NCBI GenBank assembly: GCA_000004695.1
Contig: CM000152.2
Location: 5,984,001 to 6,048,000, forward strand
Source of the DNA: Dictyostelium discoideum
Taxonomy: Eukaryota
Length of the DNA: 64,000 nt
Direction: 5' to 3'
The notes under the pieces are model-generated. The model made no database searches and was not told where the DNA came from. It saw nothing but the letters and a program-made list of their open reading frames with translations. Positions 26,118 to 46,187 of the stretch are shown here, in pieces. Numbering within the stretch: position 1 is the first letter of the stretch; every line of letters begins with the position of its first letter. The position numbers were made by a program, and so were the translations under genes.

Positions 26118-28946
26118 ATGGTAAAAGCATATTTAAAGTTTGTTCAAGATAAAGTTTTTGGGTTAATATCAACTAGTAATTCTATATTGGATGGTAGTGG
26201 TAAATTAGCAATTACAGGATGTGGTGAACGTATAAGTATTTGGGATTTACGTAAACAAGTGTTAAATCAATCATTATATGAAGAAGATATAAAAGCAGAA
26301 GTTACAAATGTATGTTTAAGTAAGGATGGTGCATTATTAGCATCTGGCTATTCAGATGGGTCAATTAGAATTTGGTCAATGTCAGATTACCAATTACAAG
26401 CAGTTTTCAATGGACATAGAGGATCGGTTACAACAATGACATTCAATCGTTTAGGTAATATTTTAGTATCTGGAAGTAAAGATACAGAAGTGATAGTATG
26501 GGATATTATAACGGAATCAGGTCTATTCCGTTTACGTGGTCATCGTGATCAAATTACCTCTGTTAAATTATTAGAACGTTCAAATCATTTAATTACAAGT
26601 TCAAAAGATGGATTTATAAAGATTTGGGATACCGAAACTCAACATTGTATTCAAACAATTGTTGGACATCGTAATCCAATTTGGGGTATCGATGTGAACC
26701 CCGATGAAACTCGTTTATGTTCATGTACAAGTGATAATCAAATTCGTTTTTGGCGTATACCATCAAATGAAAGACAAAGAGAGGATGGAAGTGGTATTGA
26801 ACCAAAATTCATTGTAAATACACCAATCAATAGTGCAGTTATAATTCCAGATGAAATTAATGAAGATGGTAGTAAAAAAGAAAATAGTAACAATAGTAAT
26901 AATAATGATATAGATGATTTAGAAATTATTTCAGAAGAAGAATTTGCAAAATATTATGGTTCAATAACTGTTAAAGCAGAATCTGTATCTGGTGTACGTT
27001 TTGATCCAACAAATAAAATTTTAGCAGTCCAATCAACTGGTAAATTTGTTGATCTTTTTAAAATTACACATTATGATACAATGAAACTTGAAGAGATTTC
27101 AATAGTTGAAGAGATGAGACATCGTCAAACTATTAAAACCTCATCAAAGGTTAGATTCTTTTCATTTGGTAATGATATTAAACATTGGAATAAATTTGTA
27201 ATAACTTTAGCAGGTAATTCATTGGAAGCTTATGAAATTAAAGAAAAGGAACAAGGTGGTGGAGCATTTGAAGTTTCATCAACATTGGATCAAGCAGGTC
27301 ATCGTTCTGATATTCGTTCATTATCTTTATCATCAAATGATCAAATGTTGGTTTCAACAAGTTCAGAATCAGTTAAAGTTTGGAATATGAAATCATTATC
27401 ATGCATTCGTTCAATTGCATGTGATTATGGTTTGTGTACTGTATTTGCACCAGGTAATTTACATGTTATCGTTGGTACTAAAACTGGAACAATTGAAGTG
27501 TTTGAATTGGCATCGGCAGCACGTGTTGCCTCGATTAAAGCTCATGAAGGTTCAGTTTGGTCATTGGTTTTGACACCTGATCTTCGTGGTGTAACAAGTG
27601 GTGGTGCAGATAAGTTGGTTAAATTTTGGGATTTTGAATTAATTGCAAGTCAAGAGAATTCAAAACATAAGGTTCTCAATCTTTCACTCACAAAAACACT
27701 TAAAGTAGAATCCGATGTTTTAGCCTTGAAATATAGTGCCGATAATAAATTTTTAGCAGTTTCATTATTAGATAATACCGTTAAGATTTTCTACACCGAT
27801 ACAGTTAAATTCCATCTTTCATTATATGGTCATAAGTTACCAGTGATGTGTTTGGATATCAGTGACGATAGTACATTGATTATTACAGGTTCAGCCGATA
27901 AAAACATTAAAATCTGGGGTTTAGATTATGGTGATTGTCATAAATCATTCTTTGCTCATGACGATTCAATCATGCAAGTTTCATTCATACCATCAACTCA
28001 TCATTTCATATCAGCAAGTAAAGATAAACGTATAAAGTATTGGGATGCCGATAAATTTGAACATATTCAAACCATTGAAGCTCATCATGGTGAAGTTTGG
28101 TCACTTGCAATGGGATCGGTTGGTGATTTCTTTATAAGTGGTAGTCATGATCGTTCAATTAGAATTTTCAATCAAACTGAAACTCCAATTTTCGTTGAAT
28201 CAGATCGTCAAAGAGAAATGGAACAAACTTGGGAAGCCACATTAGAGGATGACACTCGTATGCGTACAAAAGAAATGTTGGAAGAGAATGCAGCAGCTGG
28301 TAAACAAACTCTCGAAACCATTATGGCTGGTGAAGATATTTTAGATGCAATTGAACTTTGCGTTCAAGAGAAATTCAAAATTGATGAATATGAAAAACTA
28401 TTGAAAACCACTAAAAATCAAGATGAAATCCCACTCTATCAACCAAACATTATCATGTTGGGTCTCTCTCCATCTGAATACCTTTGGAATAGAATCAACA
28501 GAATTAGACCAAGTGATTTAGAAGAAGCCCTTAGAGTATTACCCTTCTCTGTAATGAGAACACTTTTCGAATATTTCAATCTATGGGTCGATCAATCTGG
28601 AAAGAGTGTTGAATTCATTTTCAAATGTTCTTTCTTTTTAATTCAAACTCATCAAAATCAATTATCAGTTTCAACAGAATTCATACCAATTTTACAACAT
28701 TTAAATACATCAATTAAAAATCGTTTACAAAAAGAAAGATTCACATTAGGTTTTAATAGATCTGCATTATCATTTGTTAAACGTGAAATTGAAATTAATC
28801 AACAATATAAATTTTTTGATTCTGATTTATATTTAAATAAAAATAATAAAAATAATAAAGATAAAGATAGTAATAATAATAAGAAAGATAATAAGAAAGA
28901 TAATAAGAAAGATAATGAAAAATCATTAAAAAGAAATAGAAAATAA
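26118..28946 (+). CDS. WD-repeat protein 3 (WDR3/Utp12), a small-subunit processome component. 942 aa, single exon.
   Basis: MVKAYLKFVQDKVFGLISTSNSI...ISIWDLRKQ...GYSDGSIRIWSM...NGHRGSVTTMTFNRLGNILVSGSKDTEVIVWDIITESGLFRLRGHRDQITSVKLL...HCIQTIVGHRNPIWGIDVNPDE is collinear with human WDR3. The C-terminal Utp12 region is present. The ORF-track start at 25974 lies upstream in a poly-K/F low-complexity run; ATG 26118 is the likely start. Confidence 0.8.
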   Translation: MVKAYLKFVQDKVFGLISTSNSILDGSGKLAITGCGERISIWDLRKQVLNQSLYEEDIKAEVTNVCLSKDGALLASGYSDGSIRIWSMSDYQLQAVFNGHRGSVTTMTFNRLGNILVSGSKDTEVIVWDIITESGLFRLRGHRDQITSVKLLERSNHLITSSKDGFIKIWDTETQHCIQTIVGHRNPIWGIDVNPDETRLCSCTSDNQIRFWRIPSNERQREDGSGIEPKFIVNTPINSAVIIPDEINEDGSKKENSNNSNNNDIDDLEIISEEEFAKYYGSITVKAESVSGVRFDPTNKILAVQSTGKFVDLFKITHYDTMKLEEISIVEEMRHRQTIKTSSKVRFFSFGNDIKHWNKFVITLAGNSLEAYEIKEKEQGGGAFEVSSTLDQAGHRSDIRSLSLSSNDQMLVSTSSESVKVWNMKSLSCIRSIACDYGLCTVFAPGNLHVIVGTKTGTIEVFELASAARVASIKAHEGSVWSLVLTPDLRGVTSGGADKLVKFWDFELIASQENSKHKVLNLSLTKTLKVESDVLALKYSADNKFLAVSLLDNTVKIFYTDTVKFHLSLYGHKLPVMCLDISDDSTLIITGSADKNIKIWGLDYGDCHKSFFAHDDSIMQVSFIPSTHHFISASKDKRIKYWDADKFEHIQTIEAHHGEVWSLAMGSVGDFFISGSHDRSIRIFNQTETPIFVESDRQREMEQTWEATLEDDTRMRTKEMLEENAAAGKQTLETIMAGEDILDAIELCVQEKFKIDEYEKLLKTTKNQDEIPLYQPNIIMLGLSPSEYLWNRINRIRPSDLEEALRVLPFSVMRTLFEYFNLWVDQSGKSVEFIFKCSFFLIQTHQNQLSVSTEFIPILQHLNTSIKNRLQKERFTLGFNRSALSFVKREIEINQQYKFFDSDLYLNKNNKNNKDKDSNNNKKDNKKDNKKDNEKSLKRNRK

Positions 28947-29021
28947 AATAAAAATTAAAATTTATAATATATGTACATGTGATTAATTAATTCTTTTTTT
29001 TTTTTTTTTTTTTTTTATTAT

Positions 29022-30257
29022 TTAATTTGGATTTGCTAAAATATGAACAGCAAAATTTAAATCAGTTGATCTTGAAACTAAAGATTCTTGAATCATATTT
29101 GAGAATTTAATTGCAGCTTGTTCATTTGTTAGATCTAAAGCTAAAGCATCACGAAGATAATAGATATCAGATTTTTTACTTAATTCTGGTAAACCACCAC
29201 CAACCATCATTAGGAAAAGGTTGAGGATGACATTTGCATGTTTTCTAATTGTATTGTAAGCTCTTGAACATAGGTCTTCGAAATTTTTGAAATTGTTTTC
29301 ACCACCAATTACATTTGCAAATGCATTGGTGAATACAAAGGGAGCCCTCTCTCTTTTTATTCCATTCCAAGTTTGAACATTTCCCAAGAATCTACCATGA
29401 TCAATATGAAATAGATGGCCAGATTTTGTGATCATAATATTGTCATTATGTCTATCACCAATACCCAATATATAAGAATAAACACAACAACCAGCACAAG
29501 ATCTAATGAAATTTTCAACGGCATTACTATACTCCAATTCTGATGGGTTCTCTTGTTTTAACCATTGAGAGATCACAGTCTCTGAGAATGCAGCAGTGAT
29601 ACCACCTTGTTGTTTTTGAATCTCTGCAATTGTAATTGAGTCACCAACAACCTCAATCATACCCTCCATTGGACCCGTTGCAATACATCTATAAGTAATA
29701 GTTTGTAAATCTATACCATCATCCAACCACATCTTATCCATAATATTAATCATTTGAATAACTAATTGATCTTGTCTTAAATCATCACCAGCTTTAAAAA
29801 TCACAAAACTATTATCACCCATCGGATCATAATTTTCAATTGATAAAAATAATGGTAAAGTTTTTGATTCTTTAACTTTACAACCATTAACATCAATTCT
29901 TTTACCTCTAAATTCTGGATTAATTGGTGTTTTAAAATCTTCTTGATAATTTAATAAATCATTATTACCATTACCACCATTACTACCACCACCACCTAAA
30001 ACTTGAATTAAATAATCTTTTCTTTTATTATTTGGTACATTTTTTACACCAAGTGCAACTTGTTTAATTTTACTATACATTTGATATTGTTTATAAATTT
30101 CTAATAATTTTTCATCACTACAACCTCTTAAAAAAATTTCTAAAATTAATTGATACCTTTCTAACCATTGTGGATATTGAATTACTGAATTATTATTATT
30201 ATTATTAAATTCTGAATTATTTGTAATATAATTATCATTATCATTATCATTATTATA

Positions 30258-30307
<50 letters not shown>

Positions 30308-33089
30308 CACCATTATTATCAATATTATTATTATTATCATTAATTTCATTTGGATTAATACCATTTTTTAAAGTTAAAATTTCAGCTTTAATTTGCCAAA
30401 AGAAAATATGAGCCATATTTTGTTTATTTAATAAAACACGACGAATTAGGAATTTTGAAAGTATTGAATAATGATGTGGTTCATGTTTAATTGCTTGAAT
30501 TAATTGTGGAAGATACATAGTGATATCATCATCATTCATTTTACAAAGATTTTGAATTGCAAAATTTCTAACTTGTCTATCTAGGAATGATTGACTTAAT
30601 AATTCTAAACTATCAATTGGATTTTCAAATTGTGGACAATTCATTAATAACCAATAAAACTCTTGAACTGATTCACTATCATTCCAAGGCACAGATAAAA
30701 TTAATTTTGAAATTGAATTATTCATTTGATTTTTACAATAATTTCTATTCTTCCAAATTAATTCTTTTTCTTCTTTTTTTAAATCTGTTAATACATCCTT
30801 TTTCAAAATTGAATTTATAATTAACTGATTTTGATTTGAATCTGGTGTTGACATTGTTGACATGAAATACTTTTCTTCAAGTATTTGTAATTGATGATTA
30901 TCTAATGGTTCTGGTGAGAAGTAAATTGATTGTAATGATAAATCAATTTCAAATGATAGCATTAACGTTTCAAAATCATCTTCATTACTTTCATTATAAT
31001 TTGTAAAATTATTATTATTATTTTGATTTTGATTTTTATTTTTATTAAAATAATTTCTATGTAAATAAGTTGGATTAAAAATTTTATCATTTGACCATAA
31101 TTTTAAATTCATAAAACCAGTATTTAATTTATTTTTATAATTCCAAATATGATAATTTATCCAACCAATGATTGTATCATTAATTAAAACTTTTAAAGAA
31201 ATGATTGCATTTGATGGAATTTGATTGAATGATGGACCTTCCAAGGTACATAACCAACTTGGATTGCTTGATAATGGTAATTTCGGAGTTTGCATTTCAT
31301 TTGAAATTTTATAAAATTCACCTTGATAAATTTGTGCTAAAACATAGATTTTAGAAGAACTTGTATTCTTTATACCATAAAGTTTACCAATTCTTGAAAT
31401 ATCGAAATTTTTTAAACTACCAATTCTAATTTTAAAATTTTTACCACACCCATATGATAGATTCGATGGGAATATATTCTCATTCAATTGTTGGTCAAAG
31501 AAAATATTCTTTTCAAGTTGTTGATTAAATTGAAAATCATATGAATCCAATTGAAATTTATTTATTTCAATCATATTAAATTGATTAATTAAAATCAATA
31601 ATAAATCAATTTTCTTTTGTCTTCTAGATTTTGAATTTATATAACCAATTGAAGATAATTGAGATTGTTGATTTGTTAAATAAATTTCAAGACCACGAAT
31701 TTTAATTAAAAATTTATTCGATTGAATTTCGTGATGCTCAGATTCGATTATTTTTTGAAACTTTTTAAATATCAATTCTTTTAATTCACCAATTGTACTT
31801 TGAATACTACAAACAAATGTTTTAATTATATTCTTTGTAATATATAATCTAATTGTACAATTTGATTCTGTCAATGACCAATTTGAACTTAAATTTAAAT
31901 TATTTATTGATTTTTGTTTTAATATCATAAAATTTGGTAATGATATCATTGATGTTGATGGTGATGATGACATTGGTGATGATGACAATGATGACATTGG
32001 TGATGTTGATGGACTAAACATTAATAATCTTTTATTTAATGATGATGATGATGGTGAACATGATTTCCAACTATTACCAATAAACTGTTCAAATTCTTCA
32101 TTATTATTATTACTACTATTATTATTATTCATTGCAATATTAATTGCATTTGATTTTAAAATTGATTTAAATAAATTATTTGATGATGATGATTTACTAT
32201 TTGTTATACTATTATTATTATTATTATTATTATTATTGTTATTATCTTGTAAATTATTTAAACTATTACAACTTTGTGATAGTGGACGAGAATTACCAAT
32301 TATTAAAGAAAGTTGAGAAGTTGATGATTTTAAAGAAGGTAATGATGACATTGAAGAATTTGGTGAAGTTGGTGGTGATGAAAAAGGTGATATATTATTA
32401 CCAAGTATGTTTGGTGGTGTTGTTATTGTTGGTGTTGTTGTTGTTGTTGATGATGATGATTGTAATAAAGTTGTTTCATTATCTAATTGAATTTGATGAG
32501 ATTTAACTTGATCTAAAAATTTAATCATTTTATTTCTAAAACTAATTGATTCTTCAGTTGATCTATTATTCTCTAATAATAAATCGTTTCCTAAAATCGT
32601 TGACATTTGAGTATTAAATTCATCTTCAACAAATTTTGAAACTATATATAAATCAATTGACTGATTTTTATTTATATTTGAAAAGTATGGTATATATTTT
32701 AAAGGTTGTTGATTTTGTGATACCGCTTGAAAATAATAATTTGATGAAGTTTTTAAAATTAATTGTTCCATTGAGTAGATTCTTAACCTTTTTAAAATCA
32801 CTGCATCAATTGAATCAATATGTTGATAAATTTTATTTGATAAACTTTGAATAGTATCAAATTCTAAACTATAACTTAACTGGTACGTTATCGTTGGTGT
32901 AATAATATTTATCGGATACCTAATTGAATTTTCAAATGCAAAAATTGGTAAATTATTATTCGAATTTGATAAACTCTCTTTAATTTTCATTTTCCTCTCT
33001 TTTTGTTTAATTTGTATTGATTCAATCTTTTTATTAAATTCTTCTTCTGCTGTTAACAATACTGTTGTTGTTGTTGCTGTTGTTTCTAT

Positions 33090-33159
<70 letters not shown>

Positions 33160-33573
33160 AATTCATTAGTTTCTTTCTTTTTATGTAAATTATTACTATC
33201 GAATGAACTTTGTTTAATTAATAATTTTGATAAATTTTCAAAACTTAAACTACTATCTGATGAACCATTACTACTAATGATTGAACTACCACCATTGCTA
33301 CTACCACCATTACTACTAATGAATGAAGTTGTTGATGAATTTGGTGATTTTAAAGTTTTAATATTATTTTCTAAAGAGATTACTAAATTATTCATAATTT
33401 CATTATCCAATATTGTAATGTACATACTATTTGGTCCACTATTCGTTAAATTTACACTTTTATTAATTTTATCTAACTCTTCTAATAATAATTCATATTC
33501 AATTTTATTATTTTTAATTCTTTCTTTTTCTTGTAATATTTTCTATTAAAAAAAAAAAATTATTAAAATTATT

Positions 33574-33660
<87 letters not shown>

Positions 33661-34337
33661 TATAAAAATAAAATTGAATTTTTATTAATACATACATTAT
33701 GATTTTCAATTTTTGATTCAGTTGAAGTTATTAATTGATTTAAATGATTGGTTTTACTTGAATTAATAATTGATGAATCATTAAGTTTAGTTTCTAAATG
33801 GTGACAATTAATTTCAAATTCTTTTAATTGTCTAAATGATTGTGAATTGTTTAATGGTGAACTTGAATTATAAGACTTTTCAAATTCTTTACTTTTTATT
33901 AACCCATTTTCAAATTTATCTTTTTCTTTTTGAATTTGATTTCTTAATAATTCAATCTCTTTTTCATTTGAATTATTTGTTACTTCAATTTTATTATTTA
34001 AATCAATGATTTGAATTGATAATTTTCTATTTTGTTCTTCAATATTTTCAAATTCCTGAAAAAATTAAAAAAAAATAAAATAAAAAAAATAAAAAATAAA
34101 AAAAAAAAATAAAAAAAATAAAAAAATAAAAAAATAATTAATAATTTTAAAAATTATTATTTAAAAAAATGAAAATAATAATTTTTAAAAAATTATATTT
34201 ACTTGTTTTCTTTTAATTTTGTCAATTTTTACGGCATTATAGAGTTTTAAAATTTTAGTTTCAGTTTCTTGGTTTTTGGATTTAAGTTGATTAATAATTT
34301 CTTCATTATTGGTATAATTATTATTGTTATCGTTCAT
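29022..34337 (-). CDS. Class I phosphoinositide 3-kinase catalytic subunit (p110-like) with a long low-complexity N-terminal extension, about 1671 aa. Exons 34337..34203, 34055..33696, 33542..29022.
   Basis: Catalytic region GDDLRQDQLVIQMINIMDKMW...IEVV...SCAGCCVYSYILGIGDRHNDNIMITKSGHLFHIDHGRFLGN...KRERAPFVFT is p110-type rather than Vps34-type. Upstream exons MNDNNNNYTNNEEIINQLKSKNQETETKILKLYNAVKIDKIKRKQ|gtaaat and EFENIEEQNRKLS...ESKIENHN|gtatgt join in phase 0 through a ttttttcag acceptor and a ttttaatag acceptor at 33543..33547, opening 39 codons upstream of the ORF-track Met. Confidence 0.85.
33573..33660. repeat. (AAT)n microsatellite, about 29 units, in PI3K intron 2.
   Basis: Direct reading. 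Confidence 0.95.
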
Positions 34338-34592
34338 TCTTATTACTTTTATTATTTTTTTATTTTTATTTTTTTTATTTTTTTTTTTATTTTTGTTTTA
34401 TATTTGCATTATTTTGCTTTGGTATTTTTGTAAAAGATTTTATTTTGTAAAAAAAAAAAAAAAAAAAAATATAAAATAAAATTTTTTTTTTTTTTTGATC
34501 ACCTGCAGGTAGATATTTTATAAAAAAAAAAAAAAAATAAAAATAAAAAAATAAAAAAATAAAAAAATAAAAAATAAAAAATAAAAAATAAA

Positions 34593-34616
34593 TGTGGGTG
34601 GTGTGTGAGTGGTGTC
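34593..34616 (+). promoter_or_regulatory. GT-rich G-box-like element tgtgggtggtgtgtgagtggtgtc in the 770-bp divergent intergenic region between the PI3K start (34337) and the Vps15 start (35111).
   Basis: Seen directly, and the only G-containing island in that interval. The G-box interpretation is by analogy to GBF-type sites. Confidence 0.35.
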
Positions 34617-34779
34617 TCAACGAACAACGTTTTAAAACTTAAAAATAACAAAAAAAAAAAAAAAATAAAAAATAATAATAAAAAATAATAATAATTAATC
34701 CATTTTTTAATATTAATTACATTATTTTAAATCTGAAAATTTATGTCTTGAATTAAGAAATAAAAAAAATAAAATAAAA

Positions 34780-34813
<34 letters not shown>

Positions 34814-35110
34814 TAATTTAAAAAAAAAAAAAAAATTAATTTTTCACTTTTTTTTTTTTTTTTTTTTTTTTTTTATTTTTGAAATTAGTTTTAAAAACAG
34901 CATCAATCAACACACAAGCTTTGTTGTTCATTTTAATATAGAACACACATTCACACACACGACTCATTACAATTGAATCGATAAAAATAATAATAAAATA
35001 TAATAAACAACAGGCGTCTGTAGTAAAATAAAATAAAAATAAAATAAAATAATAATTAAGTATTAATTTTATACAATAATATATTTTTATATATATACAA
35101 AATATAAAAT

Positions 35111-41130
<6,020 letters not shown>

Positions 41131-41725
41131 AAACAATAATAATAATAAATTTTTTTTTTTATCTATGTTATAATTTATATATTTGTTTGTATTTATTTTT
41201 TAATTTTATTGACAATTGAATTAATAATGATGTAAAATAATATTATTCAAAATATTTAAGAAAGTAGAGTCCTAAAAAAAAATAATCTATCTAAAATAAT
41301 ATCTCCAAATAAATAAAAATTAATATCATATTCTTTCATGTATATATATATATATTTTTTTTTTCACTATTTGGATTGACTGTGTGGTCTGAAGATAATT
41401 ATTATTTTTTAAAGAATTTGACTTTTTTTTTTTTTAAAAATATTAAAAATAAATAATAATAAATTAAAAATAATATAAAAAAAAAAAAAGAATAATAATT
41501 ATTTTATAAATTATCTGCAACCAATATTAAATATTTTATTTTTATTAGTTTTTTTTATTTTTTTTTTTATAGGAAATTTTTTTTTTTTTACTTTTATTTT
41601 TAATTTTATACTTTTTATCACAGCAACTAATTATATTAATAGAGCAGAAAATAAAAAATTAAGCTTCACAAAGAAAAAAAAAAAAAAAAATTAAAATAAA
41701 AATAATAATAAAAAATTAAGCTTCA

Positions 41726-41726
<1 letters not shown>

Positions 41727-41792
<66 letters not shown>
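41727..41792. repeat. Poly(A) homopolymer of 66 nt. It is preceded by two copies of aataaaaaattaagcttcacaaa (41650..41672 and 41708..41729) and followed by a GT-rich block.
   Basis: Direct reading. Confidence 0.95.
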
Positions 41793-41793
<1 letters not shown>

Positions 41794-41796
<3 letters not shown>

Positions 41797-41846
41797 GGTG
41801 GTTGATTGAGTGTGTTTGATAAAAGTGTGGGTGTGTTAGTGTGTTT
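41794..41846 (+). promoter_or_regulatory. GT-rich block tttgggtggttgattgagtgtgtttgataaaagtgtgggtgtgttagtgtgt, G-box-like, about 450 bp upstream of the 42305 gene.
   Basis: Seen directly. Same motif class as 34593, 16045 and 62155. Confidence 0.3.
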
Positions 41847-42274
41847 ATTTAAATACAATGTGAATCATGTAATATTTCTATTTTTATTCATAATACTATT
41901 TTGTGTTTTTTTTTGTTTTTTTTTTTTTTAAAAAAAAAATAAAAATAATATTATTTTAATTATTTTTTTTTTTTGTTTTTATTATTTTTTTTCTTTTTTT
42001 TTATTTTTATTTTTATTTTTATATTTTATTCATTCACTTTTTTCCTCTATTAATCAATTTGTTCAATAAATTAATTTCAAAAAATAAATAAATAAAATTA
42101 AATAATATTTTTTTTATAATTTACAAAAAAAAAAAAAAAAAAAAATTAAAAATAAAAAATATAAAAAAAAAAAAATAGTAACACAACATATTATTATTAA
42201 TTTAATCTTGGAAAAATAAAAATAATAATAATAATAACAATTTAAGAAAATAAAAAAAATAATAAAAATTAATT

Positions 42275-42304
<30 letters not shown>

Positions 42305-42305
<1 letters not shown>

Positions 42306-45004
42306 TGTTAAACACAAAATCTTTTAATAATCATGAATTTATTATAAGTTCACCATCAAATATTTCACAAAGTACAATATCATTAATAAATAATAGTTCA
42401 TTAATTGGTAATTTAACAACAAATGAAGTTTTATTAGTTGGAATTAATCCAATTAAATGTAGTAAACCATTCAACAATGAATTTGAAATTAATCAAGATA
42501 TGAATAAAAAATTGGAAATGTTAGTTGAAAAAAAAGATTTTAAGAAAATTAAATCAATGATTGTAAAAGGTGAAAGATTTTACGTAACTCAAGAACTTTA
42601 CATACCAATTCTATTGTTTTGTCATGACAATGATTTCTATGAAAAACTTTTTAGATATGGGTTATTATTCGATACCAATTTAATCAAATTATCAGTTTTA
42701 ATCAATGAACCAACATCATTGGATTTAATGATAAATGTATTTGCAAATGGTTGGAATAATCATAGAAATGTTGGTTTTGAATTTTATAAAAACATTCTAA
42801 GGTTCGCAATTGAGAATAATACAACACAAACACCAACTAATAGAATCATAACATTCATGGCAAAGAAAGTAAACAAAACCGATGTGGCATTCATCATTGC
42901 AAATTTTATTAAACAACAATTTGATGAATATGAAACCAATCAATTCAAAGATAGAATCAATCAAAATAAAATTATTTCATCATGTGATTACATTAATTCA
43001 TTACATCTAAGAGTAAATGTATTGGAGGACCTTATAAATGAAAATTTTGAAAAGTTAACAAAACTCCATTACCTTCAATCAAACTCAAACTCAAACTCAA
43101 CAACATCAAAATTGAAAAAGTCTCAACTTCATGATATTGACGAATATGAATATTATGAAAGTTTATTAATTAAAAGGGAAATTGAAATTTGTGCAGCCAT
43201 TGAAACTGAAAAATTTGAAAGATCAAAAATATTTGGAATACAAACCGACTATAGTTTATCAAAAAGAATTGAAGGTTTCATTTGGGAATACTTTGAATTG
43301 ACTATGGAGAAGGCAATTAAAGATATGTCAAAGAAGATCTCTGCAAGTAGAATTCCATTTGTTAATAGCCATTACTCTGATTGTAAACTTTATCCAAAAT
43401 TTCATTTACTAGGTTACCTTAAACCTGAACATAGAATCATCTTTGAAAAGTATGATTACTATAATGATGGTGAATATGGTAAAATCAATACCTACAAAAG
43501 ATTCAATCTTTTAGATGAAAACAATTATGACATTTCAATATTAAAAAATCAATTAATCATTGAAAGTTATAAACTAAATGTATTTGGTAATGTTAAAAAT
43601 TTCATTAGTAACAATACCTCATTTAAAAATTCAAATACAGGTTTTGAATATTATGAATGGTCTGATATTTATCAATACACTAGAGAAACTAAAATTGGTT
43701 GTTTAAATTATTCAAATATTTTATTTAATGATAATTATTTTTTAATTAAAGTTGAAGATATTTATTGTTTTGAAGAATATAATAAAAAGAAAAAGAAGAA
43801 TAATATAAATAATAATAATAATAATTATAATAAAAATAATAATAATTATAATGGTTTTGAATTTACAAATGAAAAAGAAATTGAATCTTTTGAAATTCAA
43901 GAAAGTATTAATGGTATGAGTCCATATGCATTTAAACAATTAAGAGCAAAAAAAGTTAAACAAATTACACCTCCAATAATATTATCAAAAGAAGAAATTG
44001 AAAATCAATTATTAAAGGAAAAGGAATTTGAAAAACAATTGATTGAAGAGAAAAAGATTGAAAAAACAATACAAAAGAATAAAAAGAAATTGGAATTGGT
44101 TAAACAGAAACAAGCTGAAACCGATTCACAAAACAAATTAGATAAAAAGAATGAACAAGAACTTGAAAAGAAACAAAAAGAATTAGATTTTGAAAAAGAG
44201 AAAAAACAATTTGAAAACCAACAAAAGCAAAAACAAAAAAATAAATTAAAACAAAAACAACAACAAAAACAAAAGAATTTACAATTAAGAGTTTCACATC
44301 CTAATTGTCCAGCTTCAACATTATCAGTACCATTTTCATCTTCTTCCTCTTCCTCCTCCTCTTCTTCCTCTTCTTCATTAGCATCATCCTCATCATCATT
44401 AATAACTTCAAATGTTTCATTATCTTTATCACCTTCCTCATTAGCATTATCATCATCAACCTCATCAACCTCATCAATAATATCCTCATCCTCTTCTTCA
44501 CCATGTCAAAATTCAACGGCTTTAGAATATCCATTTATATCCTCCCCCTCAATTGATTCAACAACATCCAACACTTTACCAAATAATAATAATAATTTTA
44601 ATAATAATAATTTTAATAATATTAATAATTTCAATAATTTTAATAATTTTAATAATATCAATAATATTAATAATATTAATATTTATATTAATAATATTGA
44701 TATTAATAATAGTAATTATAATAGTAATTATAATTCTAAACCAAACAAAATTACAAATAATATTAATATTTATGTTGATGAAGCATCATTAAAGTATTAT
44801 CAATTAAATTTCTTTAAAATTGAAAATGATGATGATATTGATCCAAATATTCAACATGAAATTGATATAAAAGTAAATAGTTTAGTTGAAGATGATGATG
44901 ATTGTGAAAGTGAAGATGAAACAATAGATAATTATACACATAATATCAACAACAACAACAATACTAATAATAACAACAATAGCTACTTTCAAACTATTTA
45001 TTAA
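42305..45004 (+). CDS. Hypothetical protein, 899 aa. It has a structured N-terminal half, a K/E/Q-rich coiled-coil segment, a poly-Ser tract and an Asn-rich tail. Single exon.
   Basis: Complete ORF with an ATG in A-rich context. No family is recognised. Confidence 0.5.
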
Positions 45005-45324
45005 TTGCACTTCCTTTATTTCTTAAAATAAAATAATAATTTTCCAAAAAAATAAAAAAATAAAAAAAAATAAAAAAATAAAAAAAATTAAAAAAAAACT
45101 ACAAAAAATAAAACTTTTTCTTTCTTTTTAAAATAATTATTTATTTTTATTTTACTTCTATTATAATATTTATTATTATTATTACTATTATTATTATTAT
45201 CATTATTATTATTATTATTATTACTATTATTATTATTATTATTTTTAAAAATACATTCCAATAGGAAAATTTGTAATGGGAGAGGAAAGGAGGAGAAGAA
45301 GGGATGAATAAACTGATACGAGGT

Positions 45325-45900
45325 TCAATATTGAACTTGTTGTGGTTGTTGTAATTGTTGTTGTTGTTGTAATTGTTGTTGTAACTGTTGTTGTTGTAAT
45401 TGTAATTGTTGTTGTTGTTGTTCTAATTGTAATTGTTGTTGATATTGTAAATGGAAAAGTAAATGTGGATGAATTTCTGGTTCTTGTGGTTGTTCTGGTT
45501 CTTCTTTTTCTGGTGATGGTGATCTTGATCTTCTGTTTAAACCACATTCAATAACTTTATCATTTACAACATCAATAACACATTCATCCTTATTCATTAC
45601 AGACTCTTTGTATAAAATATATGGTAAACCGACAACTAAAACACAAGAGATAACTTCCAATACTTTACTCTTAAAATAACCATCTTTTGTAAAATTAAAT
45701 TCATCATTATTTATAACATCAAAACCATTTCTATATAAACGGAAATGTGTATGCTGTATTTTAAAAATAAAAAATTAAAAAAAAAAAAAAATTAAATAAA
45801 TATGATAGCTAGATTCGCTTTTTGTTTTTTAAAATTGTTAAAATAATATAATATTAATTGTATTAAAAATAAAAATAATAAAAAATTAAAAGAAGAGAGG

Positions 45901-45940
<40 letters not shown>

Positions 45941-46187
45941 ATACAAATTTGGTTGGAGGAGTTACTAAAAATGTATCACCAGCAAGTGTAAATCTTGTTA
46001 CATATTCTCTGGTGATTGATGGTATTTCAACAATATCATTCATCTTTATTGTTACTGTTTCTTGATGGTTACGAATTTCAAGAATATAATTTATTGAAAA
46101 ACCAGAATTTTTAAAATTCCATGTGGTTTTATGAACTCTATCTTTATCATCACCCGTTGGAATTGCTGAAATGTAAGTTTTTGGCAT
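45325..46187 (-). CDS. Hypothetical protein of about 223 aa with a Gln/Leu-rich C-terminus. Exons 46187..45945 and 45753..45325.
   Basis: Exon 1 MPKTYISAIPTGDDKDRVHKTTWNFKNSGFSINYILEIRNHQETVTIKMNDIVEIPSITREYVTRFTLAGDTFLVTPPTKF|gtatgt. Acceptor ttaaaatacag|CAT is in frame with ORF 45325..45660 (HTHFRLYRNGFDVINNDEF...). Confidence 0.5.

Noticed and set aside
30182-30364. Poly-Ile ORF inside the PI3K gene, and the similar ORFs 36319..36507 and 44301..44792
   Set aside because: They are out-of-frame or antisense readings of (AAT)n / poly-N coding microsatellites.
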